A program made the translations under genes and the position numbers. From Obrimoposthia wandeli (Eukaryota): a DNA stretch of 64,000 bases. Below are positions 26,184-40,071 of the stretch, piece by piece (the first letter of the stretch is position 1; the number at the start of each line of letters is the position of its first letter). The DNA lies in the NCBI GenBank assembly GCA_977020255.1, contig CDROCS010000641.1:310001-374000 (forward strand), written 5' to 3'. The notes under the pieces are model-generated. The model saw only the letters and a list, made by a program, of their open reading frames with translations. It was not told where the DNA came from and made no database searches.

Positions 26184-27343
26184 CAAAAATATATTTCAAA
26201 AAGAAAAAAAATAACCGGAATCTTCAAAATTTTCAATTATTTTCAAATATGTCTGTTGACAGTTGAGTACCATATTGACTTTTTTTACAATGAACTATTA
26301 TATTTTTGATTAATTATAAAATATTTTCTATAGTCTGGAATAATGAAATCTTTAATCAGACAATTTTTTTCATATCACGAATTATTTTTACTTATCTAGT
26401 ACATGTTTTTTCTGAAATTATCATTTTGAAAGAATGTTTATTTTATGTCTCTCACATGTCTATGAAATGAATAGTATAGTCATGTGGAATTTTAAAATTT
26501 CGTTGCATATTTATTGTCACTAATAATGTAATTTATATATGCAGTTAATTGTTATTTATTTTGAAAATTTCGAATAAAATGTTAATCTTGTTACTCGTGT
26601 TATTCATGTAAATAATTTTTGTCATTGAAAATTATCGACAGTTAGTCGAATTTAAATATAATATTAAATATATCCAGCAAGTATGTCCGATGACAATGTG
26701 GTTGTATACAACAAATTAAATATGAAAACTAAAATTATTATACCGTATTCATTCTAGTACACGTCTCTGTTCTAAAACATACTCCACACATAAAACTGAA
26801 GAATCGTATGGCTGTAACTCGTACAGTGGGTACTTCTGAGTAAAATGAAACGAAAGCAGTTACTACTTAACCTTGCAGGAAGCTTCTCATGTGTAAATGG
26901 GTGGTGGCGGCATGGAAGACCCTGAACACAGGAATAAATCCCAAATTCGTTTAAAGTATGTGGATAACCCACCTCATTTGAGAAACAAAGACTAGTAATG
27001 CTGTTAATCGGATTGGAATTGATTTTCAGAAGTTGTGGAAAATATATTTTTATCACACACACACATATATATATAACTTTTGTTTGTTATGACAAATGCA
27101 AATGTTTCAAGAATAGCTTCCTTTTGTAAGCTTCAAAATAAATAAACCAAAAGAGTATCTGTATTACAGTTAATATTTCACAAGCCGCTTAATTCACAGA
27201 TATAAATTGTGCAAACATCGTATGAAAAAGTTGAAATACATTTAAAATAAAAGTATTGCTCTGCTTCTTAGATACATATTTTTCTTACTGTTATCACCCA
27301 GTATTTTATAATTAAATTGTTCAGTTCTCTGTAATTGTCTGTT

Positions 27344-27373
<30 letters not shown>

Positions 27374-27374
<1 letters not shown>

Positions 27375-28800
27375 GTTGGTGTATATGTCCGTCTAATCCA
27401 CCCTTCCCCCGGGGCGTAGTACTGTTATATTTGATTATTATTTCCCACTAATTCATTAGCAATAATTTCTGTTTTCAGTAATAACAGAAACAAATAATTA
27501 TCAGCAAAATTATATTTTCAGCAATAACAATAAAATAATGATCAGTTAAAATTCTGTTTTAACCAGTAAATGCAATAACAATGGTCTGCAATAATTTCGA
27601 TTTTCTGTAATAACCGTAATAATTATAATCAGCAATAATTTCTGTATCGTTTTCTGTAATAACAGCAATAATTTCTGTATTCTGTAATAACAATAATAAA
27701 TATGGTCAGTAATATTCTCTGTTTTCTGTAATAACAGTAATAAATATAGTCAGTAATATTCTCTATTTTCTGTAATAACAGTAATAAATATGATCAGCAA
27801 TAATTTTTGTATTCTGTAATAACAGTAATAAATATGATCAGCAATAATTTCTGTATTCTGTAATAACAGTAATAAATATGATCAGCAATAATTCTTCTTT
27901 TCTGTAGCAATTTAAAAAAAGTAGTTTTAGAAATTAAATCAAAGCTATCTATGCCAAACAATTTTATATTCATTTTTCTATAATAAGTGACATTACATAA
28001 ATTTGCAGACACACACGTAAATCGGCACCATTACACAGATAGAAGCAGTAAAATAACATGTGTGTATGAGGTGCACTTAAAATTGGATAGGCAGAAAAAT
28101 CGATAGAAGATGCAGTCATTTCTTTTGTTTTATCTGCTACTTCGCGGACAATTTTCCTACCGCGAAGCACAAGATAAAACCTGGACATCACTGACAAAAA
28201 TTGCTGTTCGACTGTGGGCACTTCGATAAATTGATTTAAATTTAAATTGTAATATTTTAATTCCCAACCGTACTGCTGTCCTTTAAAACTGTGCATGTAT
28301 TCGGATTGAAATTTTTTGTATGTGTGTCCAATCCATCCCAACCCCTCCAATTTTTAAAATGTTACTTGGAGTGAAATTTCATGCATGTATGTATTAATTT
28401 CACATTTGACCTCAAAAGTGATTAAAGAAGATCACGGGAATCCATATTAACCTCAGCGACTTATCGCAGACGAGATTTAAGATAATACTTTTATGTGAAT
28501 ATATGATTACTATTTTTAAGGACAGATTTTAGATTAATAAATTACAGCATGTATGTTAAATGGACAAAATATCTAGGTCAGATTTATATAATTTATAGTA
28601 GAAAAAACAAAATACAAGACAAAATTAATTTCAATACATTTATTAAACAAATCAAATATAAAACACCATATTGGCTTCACTCAAAGTCCAAAGAGACTGT
28701 ATTTTCCCGTCATCAGCATAATATCCATTGAACATAATATTCCTTAGTTCTTCGTCTAAAATTGCAGCAATCAAATAACCTAGATCATCTATAAAAGCCA
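27374..28800 (+). mobile_element. Second left-end fragment of lineage B, interrupted by a tandem array
   Basis: AGTTGGTGTATATGTCCGTCTAATCCAC start; 28260-28800 is colinear with 19670-20260. Confidence 0.8.
27450..27905. repeat. Degenerate tandem array of about 45 bp (CTGTAATAACAGTAATAAATATGATCAGCAATAATT)
   Basis: Repeated units visible. Confidence 0.9.
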
Positions 28801-29331
28801 GTATTATTTGTTATTTTAAAAACATCACTTTAGACTGATCTTTTATAGAAATCAAAAGTTTTGTTGGACTTCTTTTTATGTATGCAAACAGTGGGAAATC
28901 TGCACGAATTAGCCTGCACACACAGTGCGAATTCTTAATCAGCTTCCAGACAGCAGGAGATTTCGGTAGAGAGAGAAAAATATCCTTCACATAAATTGTA
29001 TTAACACACATACACATTAGACAGTATATAAGTGAGTGAGTGAGTAGAGAGAATGAGTGGGCAAATGAGTGAGTAAGTGAGTAGAGCGAGTGAGTGATAG
29101 AGCAGTGAGTGTGAGTGAGTGAGTGAGTGAGTAGGGATGTGTGTGAGTGTCAAAAAAATTGGACATGTGTGTCATAATAGTTGTGTGTGGTGCATGTCTT
29201 TGTGCATCTGTGCATATTATTACCATGTGGTGGTGTAGAACTACCAGAACATGACAGAGGAGAAAATTCCCATTTCTTATATCTGACTTCGCGGGTATTT
29301 CGCTCACCGCAAAGTCAGAAATAATTATACC

Positions 29332-29384
29332 GTCCACCTGAAGAGGCCTTGGTTAGGCCGAAACAGTTTATAACTGTCAGGGAC
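29332..29384 (+). ncRNA. Type I hammerhead ribozyme, second copy
   Basis: CTGAAGA; stem II GGCCT-TGGTT-AGGCC; GAAA; stem III CAGTT/AACTG; GTC site after 29378. Stem I GTCC/GGAC has two proximal mismatches. Confidence 0.8.
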
Positions 29385-29779
29385 TAAACGAGATAATAAG
29401 ATAATGCCAAAGTGCATTTTCCGTTTAACAAATTAATTAAGGAATATTTTAAACTAATTCTGACAATTGTTGTTTAATTAACAACTCCTTTAATTAATTT
29501 ATCCTTCATTTATTTCAATCAATGTTTTCCTCCCCTTCAAAAATGACTACAAACGGCATTCTCAACAGGTGCGTACCTTTTAAATAGCAAAAAGATCGAA
29601 TCTGACATAATAATAGTTATGTTTTTTTTCGTAGACATAATTCAAAAGAGTCAAATTCTACAAACATAATATCTATTCATTTATATAGGAGTTTGATGAA
29701 ACTTCTGATTACAGAACTATCCGCTTCACTATTCAAACTTGCACTTCTTCAGTCATTCGATTCTCCTGTGAAGGACTCC

Positions 29780-30350
29780 TCTTAAAAACAGAATTGATAC
29801 CTGTTGTAGACTTAAAAATGCTATTATTCTATATGAGCCTTCATACTGGTCGTTATTCTTGCTTCTTTTAATTAGATTCTTTTTAATCAGAACATTTTCA
29901 TTTTCTTCAAATATCCTTTCTCATCTTCTTTCATTATCTAACTTTTCTAAAGTTTCAGCTCCTTTTTGCTGGTTCATCCTTATGTCCTGAATGGTATCTT
30001 CTTTATTGTTTGTTGTTGCACTTGATGTTTGAATTTTTATTTTTCTATAAATGATTTCAAACAGTGAATGTTTAGAAGAATTATTTGTAGTTGCATTTAT
30101 AGAAAATTCAATTTGTGCAATAAATCGTGTTAACACTTTCTTGTTTCAGTAGACGCTATTGTCGTAACAATTAAATATCAATGTGTATAACTCTTTCTGC
30201 TAGACCGTTAGCTTGATGTTGATATGTTGATGTAAGCTTCGGTTTAATACCAAATTTTCGTAGCCAATTCTGAAAATAATTTCCAGTAAATATTCTTCCT
30301 CTATCTGTTAAAATTCTCTTAGGTTTCCCAATTTATATATCCAATTTGTC
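29780..30350 (-). pseudogene. Ty3/Gypsy-type integrase relic
   Basis: GKPKRILTDRGRIFTG, TSTYQHQANGLAERVI, IEFSIN, HSLFEIIY and QYEGSYRI occur in order. Confidence 0.8.
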
Positions 30351-33300
30351 TCGGGTGCTTAGTAATTGTTATTTCATCTTCTTCTGTAGTGGCTGATAGT
30401 GATATCAGTTTACTAAATCAATCGATTACTATCTACATATATTTCATTTTAGAACTTCCTTCTTTCATGTAGGCTATATCGACAACTATTTGATCTAAAA
30501 AATTCTTTGAATATAGGAATATATACTTCTTTTGTTCTGCTTGATTCAAATTTTCAAAAAAATTATTCAATTCATCCGGCTTTCAGAAAAAACAAAAGTA
30601 ATAATTAGAATTAATTAAAAATGGAAATGTTCATAATCTGTGCGGCAGAGTCAGACCACGACAATCAACCTTCTTGGCCGTTTTGCTCTCCCATGGGCTC
30701 TTTAGGCGACTGGAAGATTTTGCTACATCCACTTCGCAGTAGATCAATGTCCACGAAGTCACAGATAATTCTGTAAAATAAGCAAAACGGAAAAAGAGAG
30801 AAATCCGATAATAACGACTATTTAAACACACAGAACAGTTTTGTATGTTTTTGAAATTACCTAGATTTATGTGCTTGCCATTGATAATATTTCATTTTGA
30901 AAAGTTTTGTTTGTAGGTTGCTAGTATTTTACACCCACATGGCGCCTTTACATGAGTGTGGTTAATAGAATGTGGACGAGATAATATTCTCAATATAATA
31001 ATCCAAGCTTTAGATACAACTTTCAATTTAAACTGCATTGAATTTTAACAACAAATTACGAAAATAAAATGTAAATTCTCTGCATTTTACTTGTAACCTT
31101 AACTTGAGGTTATCCAAGTTCAAAATATACATTTTCAATTCTTTGTCGTTTTTCTCACTATAAATCAAAGATTCTAATTATTTATTTTTAATTTGGTTAA
31201 ATAAGGGATTTTACCAACGATTACATATTTGATTGATTCATTGTTGAAAAATGTTATTATAGTAAATTACTGTTCTTATATTTTAAAACGTTTTGTAAAT
31301 CCAGTTCATCATATTGCTTTTTACCAAAAACATATGCTTACCAAAATTTAACAGGTGCGGATTTTCCCCAACAACTACGTTTTATAAAATATGTAAAAAG
31401 CGGAGCGCGTTAGGAGCAGAGCGAAATAAATACAATAACAGGTCTTGGGCGATTAAAGCGAGATATGAATTGAAGGCATAATAGGAAATCTATAAAACAT
31501 CTGTAGTTATGTACACACATCACTTCAAGGTGGTCGGTCACTCAGTTACTGGGGAAGTCCTTGTCCATGAAGTCGATGTGAGAGGCCGACTGAAAGCCTT
31601 GCTGGCGATGGAGGTGCTGATTACTGGTGCCAGACCCTAGTTAGAAGTCAAAAAACACTGGTGCTCGCGTAACAGTGAGTCCTTGGGCCAGTACTTGCGA
31701 ATGGCTGGTCGAAGGTGAACATGTAAGGGAGTCTGTGAAGATGAGAGTAGCAGCGGTGAAGTCCATACCATGAGTCAACGAAAACATCTGCAATTTTTTA
31801 TAAGACGTACTCCTCATCTCACATTTTGATAGCATCTATATTTTGCGAGACTTTATCTCATCCAACTGCCGACACTCTTCCAGCAGATTTACTGGCAGTC
31901 CTCACCACTTTTTTTCTTCTCCAATACCTACACAACAAACTCTTTTACAGTGGTCTTCTTCACTTTTTCAATTAGGATAAATTAAACTTTGTTTAACTTT
32001 GTATGCCGTTTTAATTCATTATAATTTCATTATCTATTTTTCAATACGTCCACATCTGACTGAACATAAAAAATACTTTAAAGACAGAAGAATCAAAGGA
32101 AAATCTCAAAAGTGAAAGAAGCTATTCAAAAATCATCGATGTGTAATATAAAATTTTAGAAATAAACAAATCCCTAAATTATATCTTACTTAGTTTTATT
32201 ATGAAATAGAGAAAGATAGATATACGCTAAAAAATATGTTAAAATATGTTAAAAATTCTCGTATTATACGAAATTTTGAAGATTTTTTTAAAAATGTGAC
32301 AATTTAGCTGAATTTTTTAATTTAGGTAAATTTGATTGTTCTTAAAATTTAGGTATTATTCTGTGTGGTTGTAAAATATGTCCATTTAGAGAACTCGTCA
32401 AATTAGACAAACTCGCGTTGTGTGAATAAATGTGACTTCATATCAATTAGAATAAAATTTGACAATGGAAGCATTTTGGAAATAATAATAAGCAACAATT
32501 CAAGCAATGTAGAAAAGCGGACTATATGAATTGGATTTACAAAACACATCACTATAGGTTCATATATACCAAAATGAAAGCATATTTACAAATATAAAAG
32601 ACAGAAACAAAAAAACAATGCGTAACAGTTAATAACTGTTATATTTTCTCTTTGATAAAATTACATATTTATACGACAAATTATTACGAAAATGTTATTA
32701 AAAAAAATCATTTCGTCAGGATTTTAAGATATTGAGATGATCAGAAGATACATTTATATACCTAAAATAGCGATTTGACATAATTCAAACTGTACGTCAA
32801 TTTATATTCAAGTAAAAATATTTTAAACAAAAATGGTCATTAATTTTTATTATTAGTTGTGGTCTATATCCAGAAATAGTAAATTCAACAAAGCAACAAA
32901 GATTGACCCCTTTTACATTCGTTTTTATAGGATATGTCTATGCAACATGTGGCACAAATTTCGACAAAAGTATTCAACATTCGTTACAACTCGATTAGCG
33001 ATAAACATGTATGTGAGACTCCAATTTAACTATAAATTTGCTTAAAACAGAATTGTTTGTATTCACATTATATTTGTCTCAGTTTCGCTTCAGCTACCAG
33101 CGACCATACACCGCGACAATGATTCATTGGCCGAGTCCAGCTCTAGCATGCATACACATACACCTCTTTGGCGGAGAATCCCCATCGAAACAGCTCCGAA
33201 ACATCAGTAGAAAGGTTCACGGGAATGTGGCTTTGATGCCACCGCTGGCTGGTAGAGACAATTAATTATTTCATTAATACAAGCGCTGCTTTTGTTTATG

Positions 33301-34349
33301 AAATGTATCCGTCATGCCTCACTAATGTCGGTTCCGATTGCTCGGTGCTGTAGATCTCTTTGATGATAGCGCGCGTTGCTTCTGTCACTTTGTTATTTTT
33401 ACTCTGGAAACTCCGCCAAACGACAGACAGGCAGTATTTGGGACGGAAAAGTTCATTTCACTGTCAAGAGAGAGATAAAGAGAAGAAGAATTTTGAGAAA
33501 ATCTTTCGCAGTCTTTGGTGTGTTTCTTGTCGACAGAGTAAATTGACAAATTTCAGTTTAAAGAAAATTCAGAAATATTATTTATTTTGACAGTTAATTG
33601 ACAAAAATTGATAGTGCTAAATGGACAGTTAAATACGAGAAATAATAACAAAATAACAGGTTTACTTTATTTGTGAAGCAGAAAGGTATGTAAATAATTT
33701 ATATAGGAGTGTGTATAATCTTATGTAAAGTTTCTCATTCATTTTTCTGTCCAAAGAAAAACCATGACCATAGCTCCCATCCACCAAAAAATAAAAATCC
33801 AGATTTCAAAAATAAAAAAAATGTAGTATTGTTACAAAATATCCGATTCTATGAAATGGGTGACTTAATTTCGAATAAAAAAATCAAATAAAAATTAAGT
33901 TAATTAAATTAAAATAAAATTGGATAAATAGTGGTAGAAATGATGATGTGTATGATGATAAAATTAATCCAAAAAATTGTAAAAAGAAGAAACAAGAAGA
34001 TAATTTGCTATAATGGCTAAATAGCATTACTATATCGATAAAAATCGATCTTAATTTAGGAGTATATTGTTGCTAATTTAATTAACAGAAAATCAAAGTA
34101 ACAACCAATTCAAATTCAAATCGACAAGAATCGACAACAAAAAATCAAGAAACAGCCTAACAACCAAACCCAGTAACAATCGTACATCCAACAAGCAGAA
34201 AAACTCTCACAACATCAGAGGAAAACAAATAAATCATTTATACCTCATATCATTTGGTCTTATTTAATTTTATTTAATTTCATATCCTCTACAATAAAAA
34301 AAATATTTTAAAGCATATATAACCAATCATTATAAACACAGATACTGTA

Positions 34350-34385
<36 letters not shown>

Positions 34386-34399
34386 AATAAAACAATTTG

Positions 34400-35420
34400 T
34401 ATTTAATTATCATCAAAATTTTCATCAAAATCGGTATTTTCCAGGTCTTCTTTTTCTCCCAAGTGTGATTCGTATCGTCTATGGCAAACTTTTTCAATTA
34501 ATTCTTTTATTAAATCTATTTTCGGTTGCCAAGTATGAAAGGTTTCATTGGATTTCATTATAGCTTGTTTTGCCATCATTCGATCCTTTACTGTTTCCGT
34601 TTTCAGCGAGTTTGCGTTTTTAATCTTAATGCTGACGTACGAGAAGACTCTTCGACGCATTCAGATGAGTGGGACAAAATTGTCAAGTTGGTTATAAAGT
34701 TTGACAAGTCCGCATATTTAGGATTCCCAACCAGATCTTTAATACTACGCAATGAATACCAAAATTCAGGAATAGTTTTGAATGCACGACACATATCCTT
34801 ATTTAATCGAAATTATCTCTCTCATCTAAAACATCCATTTTTATACAGAAACTAGTTAAGGGGGAAAATCATCGCTAAATGAACGATTGAGGATGGCAAT
34901 TTGGCAAGACTGTTCACGACAACTGGATATAAAATATTCAGACTAGCAATAACTCCATTGTCATTTAGAGGAAATCTTTTCCTGATTTGCATTCATAGTT
35001 CAACAAGAAACTTTAGACAATCAATTTTGAACACATTCTCATTGTCATCATTCGGTTTCGACTTTAAAAATGACATGCACCGACCTCCTAATTAAATATC
35101 GTTTAGATATTTGTGATGAATTTCGTTCTTTGTGTCAATTTCCAACTTGCATATAACTTCTTCTATCACGTAACGAACATTTATTCCTTTTACAAATATT
35201 AGAAATGTCTAATTTTTCGTGATAGGCTATGCCAACTTTTATAATGTAAGAAGCATTGGTAGTCTTCATATTCACCTGTTTTACAATTTGACTATCATGG
35301 AATGCTTTCTTACATGCTTCCACAAGGTGATCACGTACTGCAAATGGCAAATTGTGTTCAGAAATGAAAAACGAAATTATTAATTCTGCCTTTGCTGTTT
35401 CTTCACTATCCGTTGGTTTA
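34400..35420 (-). pseudogene. Internally deleted hAT-type transposase relic
   Basis: AELIISFFISEHNLPFAVRDHL...FHDSQI at the N-terminus and the dimerisation domain EFW...KYADLSNF...SHSSECVE/VFS. Confidence 0.8.
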
Positions 35421-36112
35421 CATTAGCATAGTCCTGTTTGCATTTCTGATTTTTCCTTTGAAATAAATACAATAACACGTACCTTTATCAGTTCGGTCCT
35501 CCCTTAACCAATCCTTCAATTCTGGAACAGCGAGCAATTCGTTTTAAAATTTTAGGGGTGGAGAATATTCATTCAACATTACTTTTCCATTAGTTAATAA
35601 TAATGATTATATCATATGTACCTTACAATTAATAATATATAAACAACCAGTTTAGCCATTACAAATTATAATATATATTGTGAAAATATACCATTTAACT
35701 AATTGTGAAGTGTAAAATTTTGTATTAAATTTTTTTCTAGTATTTTAAATATATTTACAAACTATACATAAAAATTTACCTAAAATTATGAATATAGGGA
35801 AAATCAGATTTTGGTATTTGCAATAAAGAAATAGAAACCAACAGAAAATAAGTAGGTTTAAAAAAATAGAATGGGAGCTATAACCGTGACCTACTTAAAA
35901 TTATTTGTACAATTGTTGTGTAATACAAATATTAGTTAGTTTACTGATTTTCTTGTAGTTTAAATTATTTTATTCTTATGGATTAATTTACTTTTGTGGC
36001 CGTATTCGACCGATGTCCACAAATATATTTTTAAAAACAAAAAATAGAACTAGGTCACATATTTTAATAATTTGAATAAATTAATATAATAATTAAAATG
36101 TTTATTTAAATG

Positions 36113-37322
36113 AGTAGGTACTTTGATGGAGTCTAGACCACTGGGGGGGGGGTCCCCCCCTTATGTGCGCACACCAAGTTAAAGGGTGTCACACCATAAG
36201 GGTGTCACACAATAGAAATGTCACACCATAGCGTGTCACACCATAAGGGTATATGTTGCCTCACCATAGGGGTGTCTTGCCACACCATAAGGGTCTGGCT
36301 CAGAAAGGTTATGAAGGTTTGAAGGTATGGTCGTGACCGTCTATGGTCGGCCAACATACCCAAGGGGTTGTGGTCGTCCATAGATCAAAGGGTCGGGGTC
36401 AGTTTTGACTTGAAGGTTTGAAGGTATGGTCGTGACCGTCTATGGTCGGCCAACATACCCAAGGGGTTGTGGTCGTCCATAATTCAAAGGGTCAAGGTCA
36501 GTTTTGACTTGAAACTTTGAAGGTATAATTAAGGTCAACTATGGTTGGCCATCACATCTAAAGGGTTGTGGTCTTCCATAATTAAAAGGGTCAAGGTCAG
36601 TTTTGACTTGAAACTTTGAAGGTATAATTAAGGTCAACTATGGTTGGCCATCACATCTAAAGGGTTGTGGTCGTCCATAATTCAAAGGGTCAAGGTCAGT
36701 TTTGACTTGAAACTTTGAAGGTATAATTAAGGTCAACTATGGTTGGCCATCACATCTAAAGGGTTGTGGTCGTCCATAGGTCAAAGGGTCGGACTCAGTT
36801 TTGACTTGAAACTTTGAAGGTATAATTAAGGTCAACTATGGTTGGCCATCACATCTAAAGGGTTGTGGTCGGTCATAAATCAAAGGGTCAAGGTCAGTTT
36901 TGACTTGAAACTTTGAAGGTATAATTAAGGTCAACTATGGTTGGTCATCACATCTAAAGGGTTGTGGTCGTCCATAGGTGAAAGGGTCGGGCTAAAAACC
37001 AAGTCAAGTTTAAAATATCAAGGTTTTAGTACATGGTTGGAATCATCTTTAGAAGGTGAATTCAGTCATAAAGTATGGTCGGTCATATATGAAGGAGTCG
37101 GGATATAGACCAAATCAAGTTTTAAATGTCAAAGTTTGAATACATGGTTGTAATCATCTTTAGAAGACGAATTCATCCATATAGGTATGGTCGTCCATAG
37201 ATGAAGGGTTAAGAAAAGTTGGAATTTCATAGTTTCAAGTACATGGTTGTATTCATCAACATATTACGAGTTTAATCATGTAAAATTTTTATGGTCGTTC
37301 ACAAGTTAAGGGTCAGATTTGG
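36113..37322 (+). repeat. Left TIR with 7 copies of a 99-bp repeat; patchy homology continues to about 37980
   Basis: Reverse complement of 46618-47535. Units start at 36318, 36417, 36516, 36615, 36714, 36813 and 36912. Confidence 0.95.
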
Positions 37323-39235
37323 AACAAACATGATAATTTTATTACATGGTTGTATTTGCATATGAAAATTGACTTCAAAAATACCCTTAAGGTCATGCAT
37401 ACTTTAAGAGGTCCTTGTGAAAAAAAAAATAAAAAATACTTGTAATTTTCTAAAATAAAAATATTTTTAAATTTAAATTTGTGCCAAATTATTTTGTTAG
37501 ATTTTGGTAAAGATAAACAAATTTTTAATTTAACAAGTTTTTAAGATATTAAAGTAACATTATTTAAAATAAATATTAAGGAAAAAGTTAATAAACTCAA
37601 ATTACTTTACTAATAGTATTATTATTATTATAATTTGATAAATATTTAAATTTACGCAAATTTTTATCCATTTTATTAATGTAATTAAACAATTCTTTGC
37701 GGAAAAATTACTTGTAATTTTGTTTTTCTTCAAAATAATAATAATTTAAATTTGCGCCAATTTAATTTGTTAGATATTAATAAAGTTAAACAAATTTTAA
37801 TTTAACAAGTTTTTAAATATTAAAGTACCAACACATCTATCAATCAATTATTCTATGTGAAAGTTCACTCTTATCAGTTAAGGAATGTATTACGTAATAA
37901 TACACACACTATTCTATGTGAAAATTTAGTACAAAGTTTTTCCCAGGCTTAGGCATCTAAAGAATTATGGTAAAATTTCTTTAAATAACTTAAATTTCAT
38001 GTCATAAGGGTCTTGGAGAAAAATACTTGTAATTTTCTAAAATAAAAATATTTTTAAAATTTAAATTTGTGCCAAATTTTTTATCGTTTCTTTGATTTAA
38101 TTAAACAAATTTGATTTTAAACATAATGTTAATTATAAAATAATTAATAATTTGATAAAAATTCATCTTACCTCAAGTTATTCATTGAATCCATTGATGT
38201 ATGTCCGTCAGCCTAATAGCATTATTCTATAATCTTACTGTAACTTTAGAAAAAATAACAAATTTATTACATTAAAATTTAAAAATTGCGCGGTTTTTTA
38301 TTGTTTACAATTAATGTATTTAAACAATGAAGAAAATAGTTTCAAACGCAAAGCAATTCATATTAACAAGTACTATTTGATATTTTTAAAATATAAATAA
38401 TTTATTTAAAAAATAATACTTCAAGTTCAAGTTAAATTTTGATAAAAGTCTGTAAAATGATAAATTCTAACATATTTTTTTTTTTAAATTACCGCCATTT
38501 TTATATTATCCCTTTTGATGTATTTAAACAAATGTATATACAAACCTAATTATTATAACTATAAGTTAAATATCTTAAATATTTATTAATTTTAAAATTG
38601 CATTATTTTATGATTGTAATTTATGCCTAAAATAATTTGTAATTTTCCAAATTAATACTAGCAACCAATGAATAACATTAATATTATGTTTACATTATAT
38701 TAATTAATATGTAAATTTTCATGTGTGTGTTTTCTCTCACATAACTTTCACATGTTATAATGATCAATTAACACTCACATAAATAATTAAAACATCCTTA
38801 TAACTTTCCTTAATTGATTTTTATTTAAACTGATAAAATTAACTTCACGTTATTCAAAGTTTACTAGTTAAAGAAATGTTTATTTATATAATTTGAGTAT
38901 TAACATTATTCGATTTACACTATAAATATTCGAAAATATCTTTAACATATTAAAAAAAAAAAAATAACTTCAATTTTTAAAATTTGTATCGAATATTGAA
39001 AATTCATTTGAAAACACATGTTTTTTGTCTATAAATTCGAATATAAAATCTTTAATTATATTGTTTTATATGTAAATAAATTAAAATATGTACATATTCG
39101 ATTATCAACTTAGTATTTATATTTATTATTCGACTTTCTAAAATAATTAAAATGTCTTGTAAAAACACATAAAATTAATTATCGATTGTATGAATTAGTA
39201 CAAGTATGAATGCAAATATGAAGGCAAATACTAGT

Positions 39236-39660
39236 AAGTGGGTTTAGCAAGTGAATGTAATTGAAAAAAAAATAAAAATAAGAGTGTCGAGAGTTTGATT
39301 GAATGCAAGTGTAATTTAGACTATAAGTAAATTAAAATAGAGTTTTCGTTGAATACATTATAGTTAGATTGAATGCAAGTATGAATGTAAGTGAATGCTA
39401 GTATGAATTTCAATACAAGTAAGTGGGTTTAGCAAGTGAATGTAATTTAAAAATAAGAGTGTCAATAGTTTGATTGAATTCGAGTGTAAGTTAGACTATA
39501 AGTAAATTAAAATAGAGTTTTCGTTGAATAAATTATAGTTAGATTGAATGTAAATGAATGCAAGTATGAATTCAAGTGAATGCAAATACAAGCAAGAGTC
39601 TTAGCAAGTGAATGTAATTGAAAAAATAAAAATAAGAGTGTCGATAGTTTGATTGAATGC
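39236..39660. repeat. About 2.3 copies of a roughly 185-bp direct repeat rich in TGAATGCA/TGAATGTA
   Basis: Units start near 39236, 39421 and 39594; the last runs into the ATG of ORF 39657. Confidence 0.85.
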
Positions 39661-40001
39661 ATTTCCTAAAAACCCCGTGGATTCATTCAATGTCCGATCC
39701 TGTGACATTGTCGAAGACATCATACAATTATTTAGTAACTGATATTAACGAAAAAGATATCAACGTATTGAATGATGTTTTTAAATATCTGAAGATTGAT
39801 GTCGAACTCGAAAATGAAAATCAATTTATGCGAAGTAATAAAAACAAGTTTTATGATTGTTCAGGAAAGAAACTTCAAGATATTCAAGAAGATGGTAAAA
39901 GTTGGATGATAGAAATCAAGATTCAAGGATATAAGATCAATTCTAAGAACGAAACCTCAATCATCTGGCGAATAAATGCTGCTAACGAATATTTTTGTTG
40001 A
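39657..40001 (+). CDS. Unknown 114-aa protein, possibly OB-fold ssDNA-binding
   Basis: Intact ORF. The C-terminal pattern FYD..GK.L...IEIKIQGYK...SIIWRI recalls T7 gp2.5/NCLDV-like SSBs (impression only). Confidence 0.45.
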   Translation: MHFLKTPWIHSMSDPVTLSKTSYNYLVTDINEKDINVLNDVFKYLKIDVELENENQFMRSNKNKFYDCSGKKLQDIQEDGKSWMIEIKIQGYKINSKNETSIIWRINAANEYFC

Positions 40002-40071
40002 ATAATAAAATGTTGTTATTGTTATAAACATGTACTTATTCTTATATATTTTATATTAATAATCATATATA

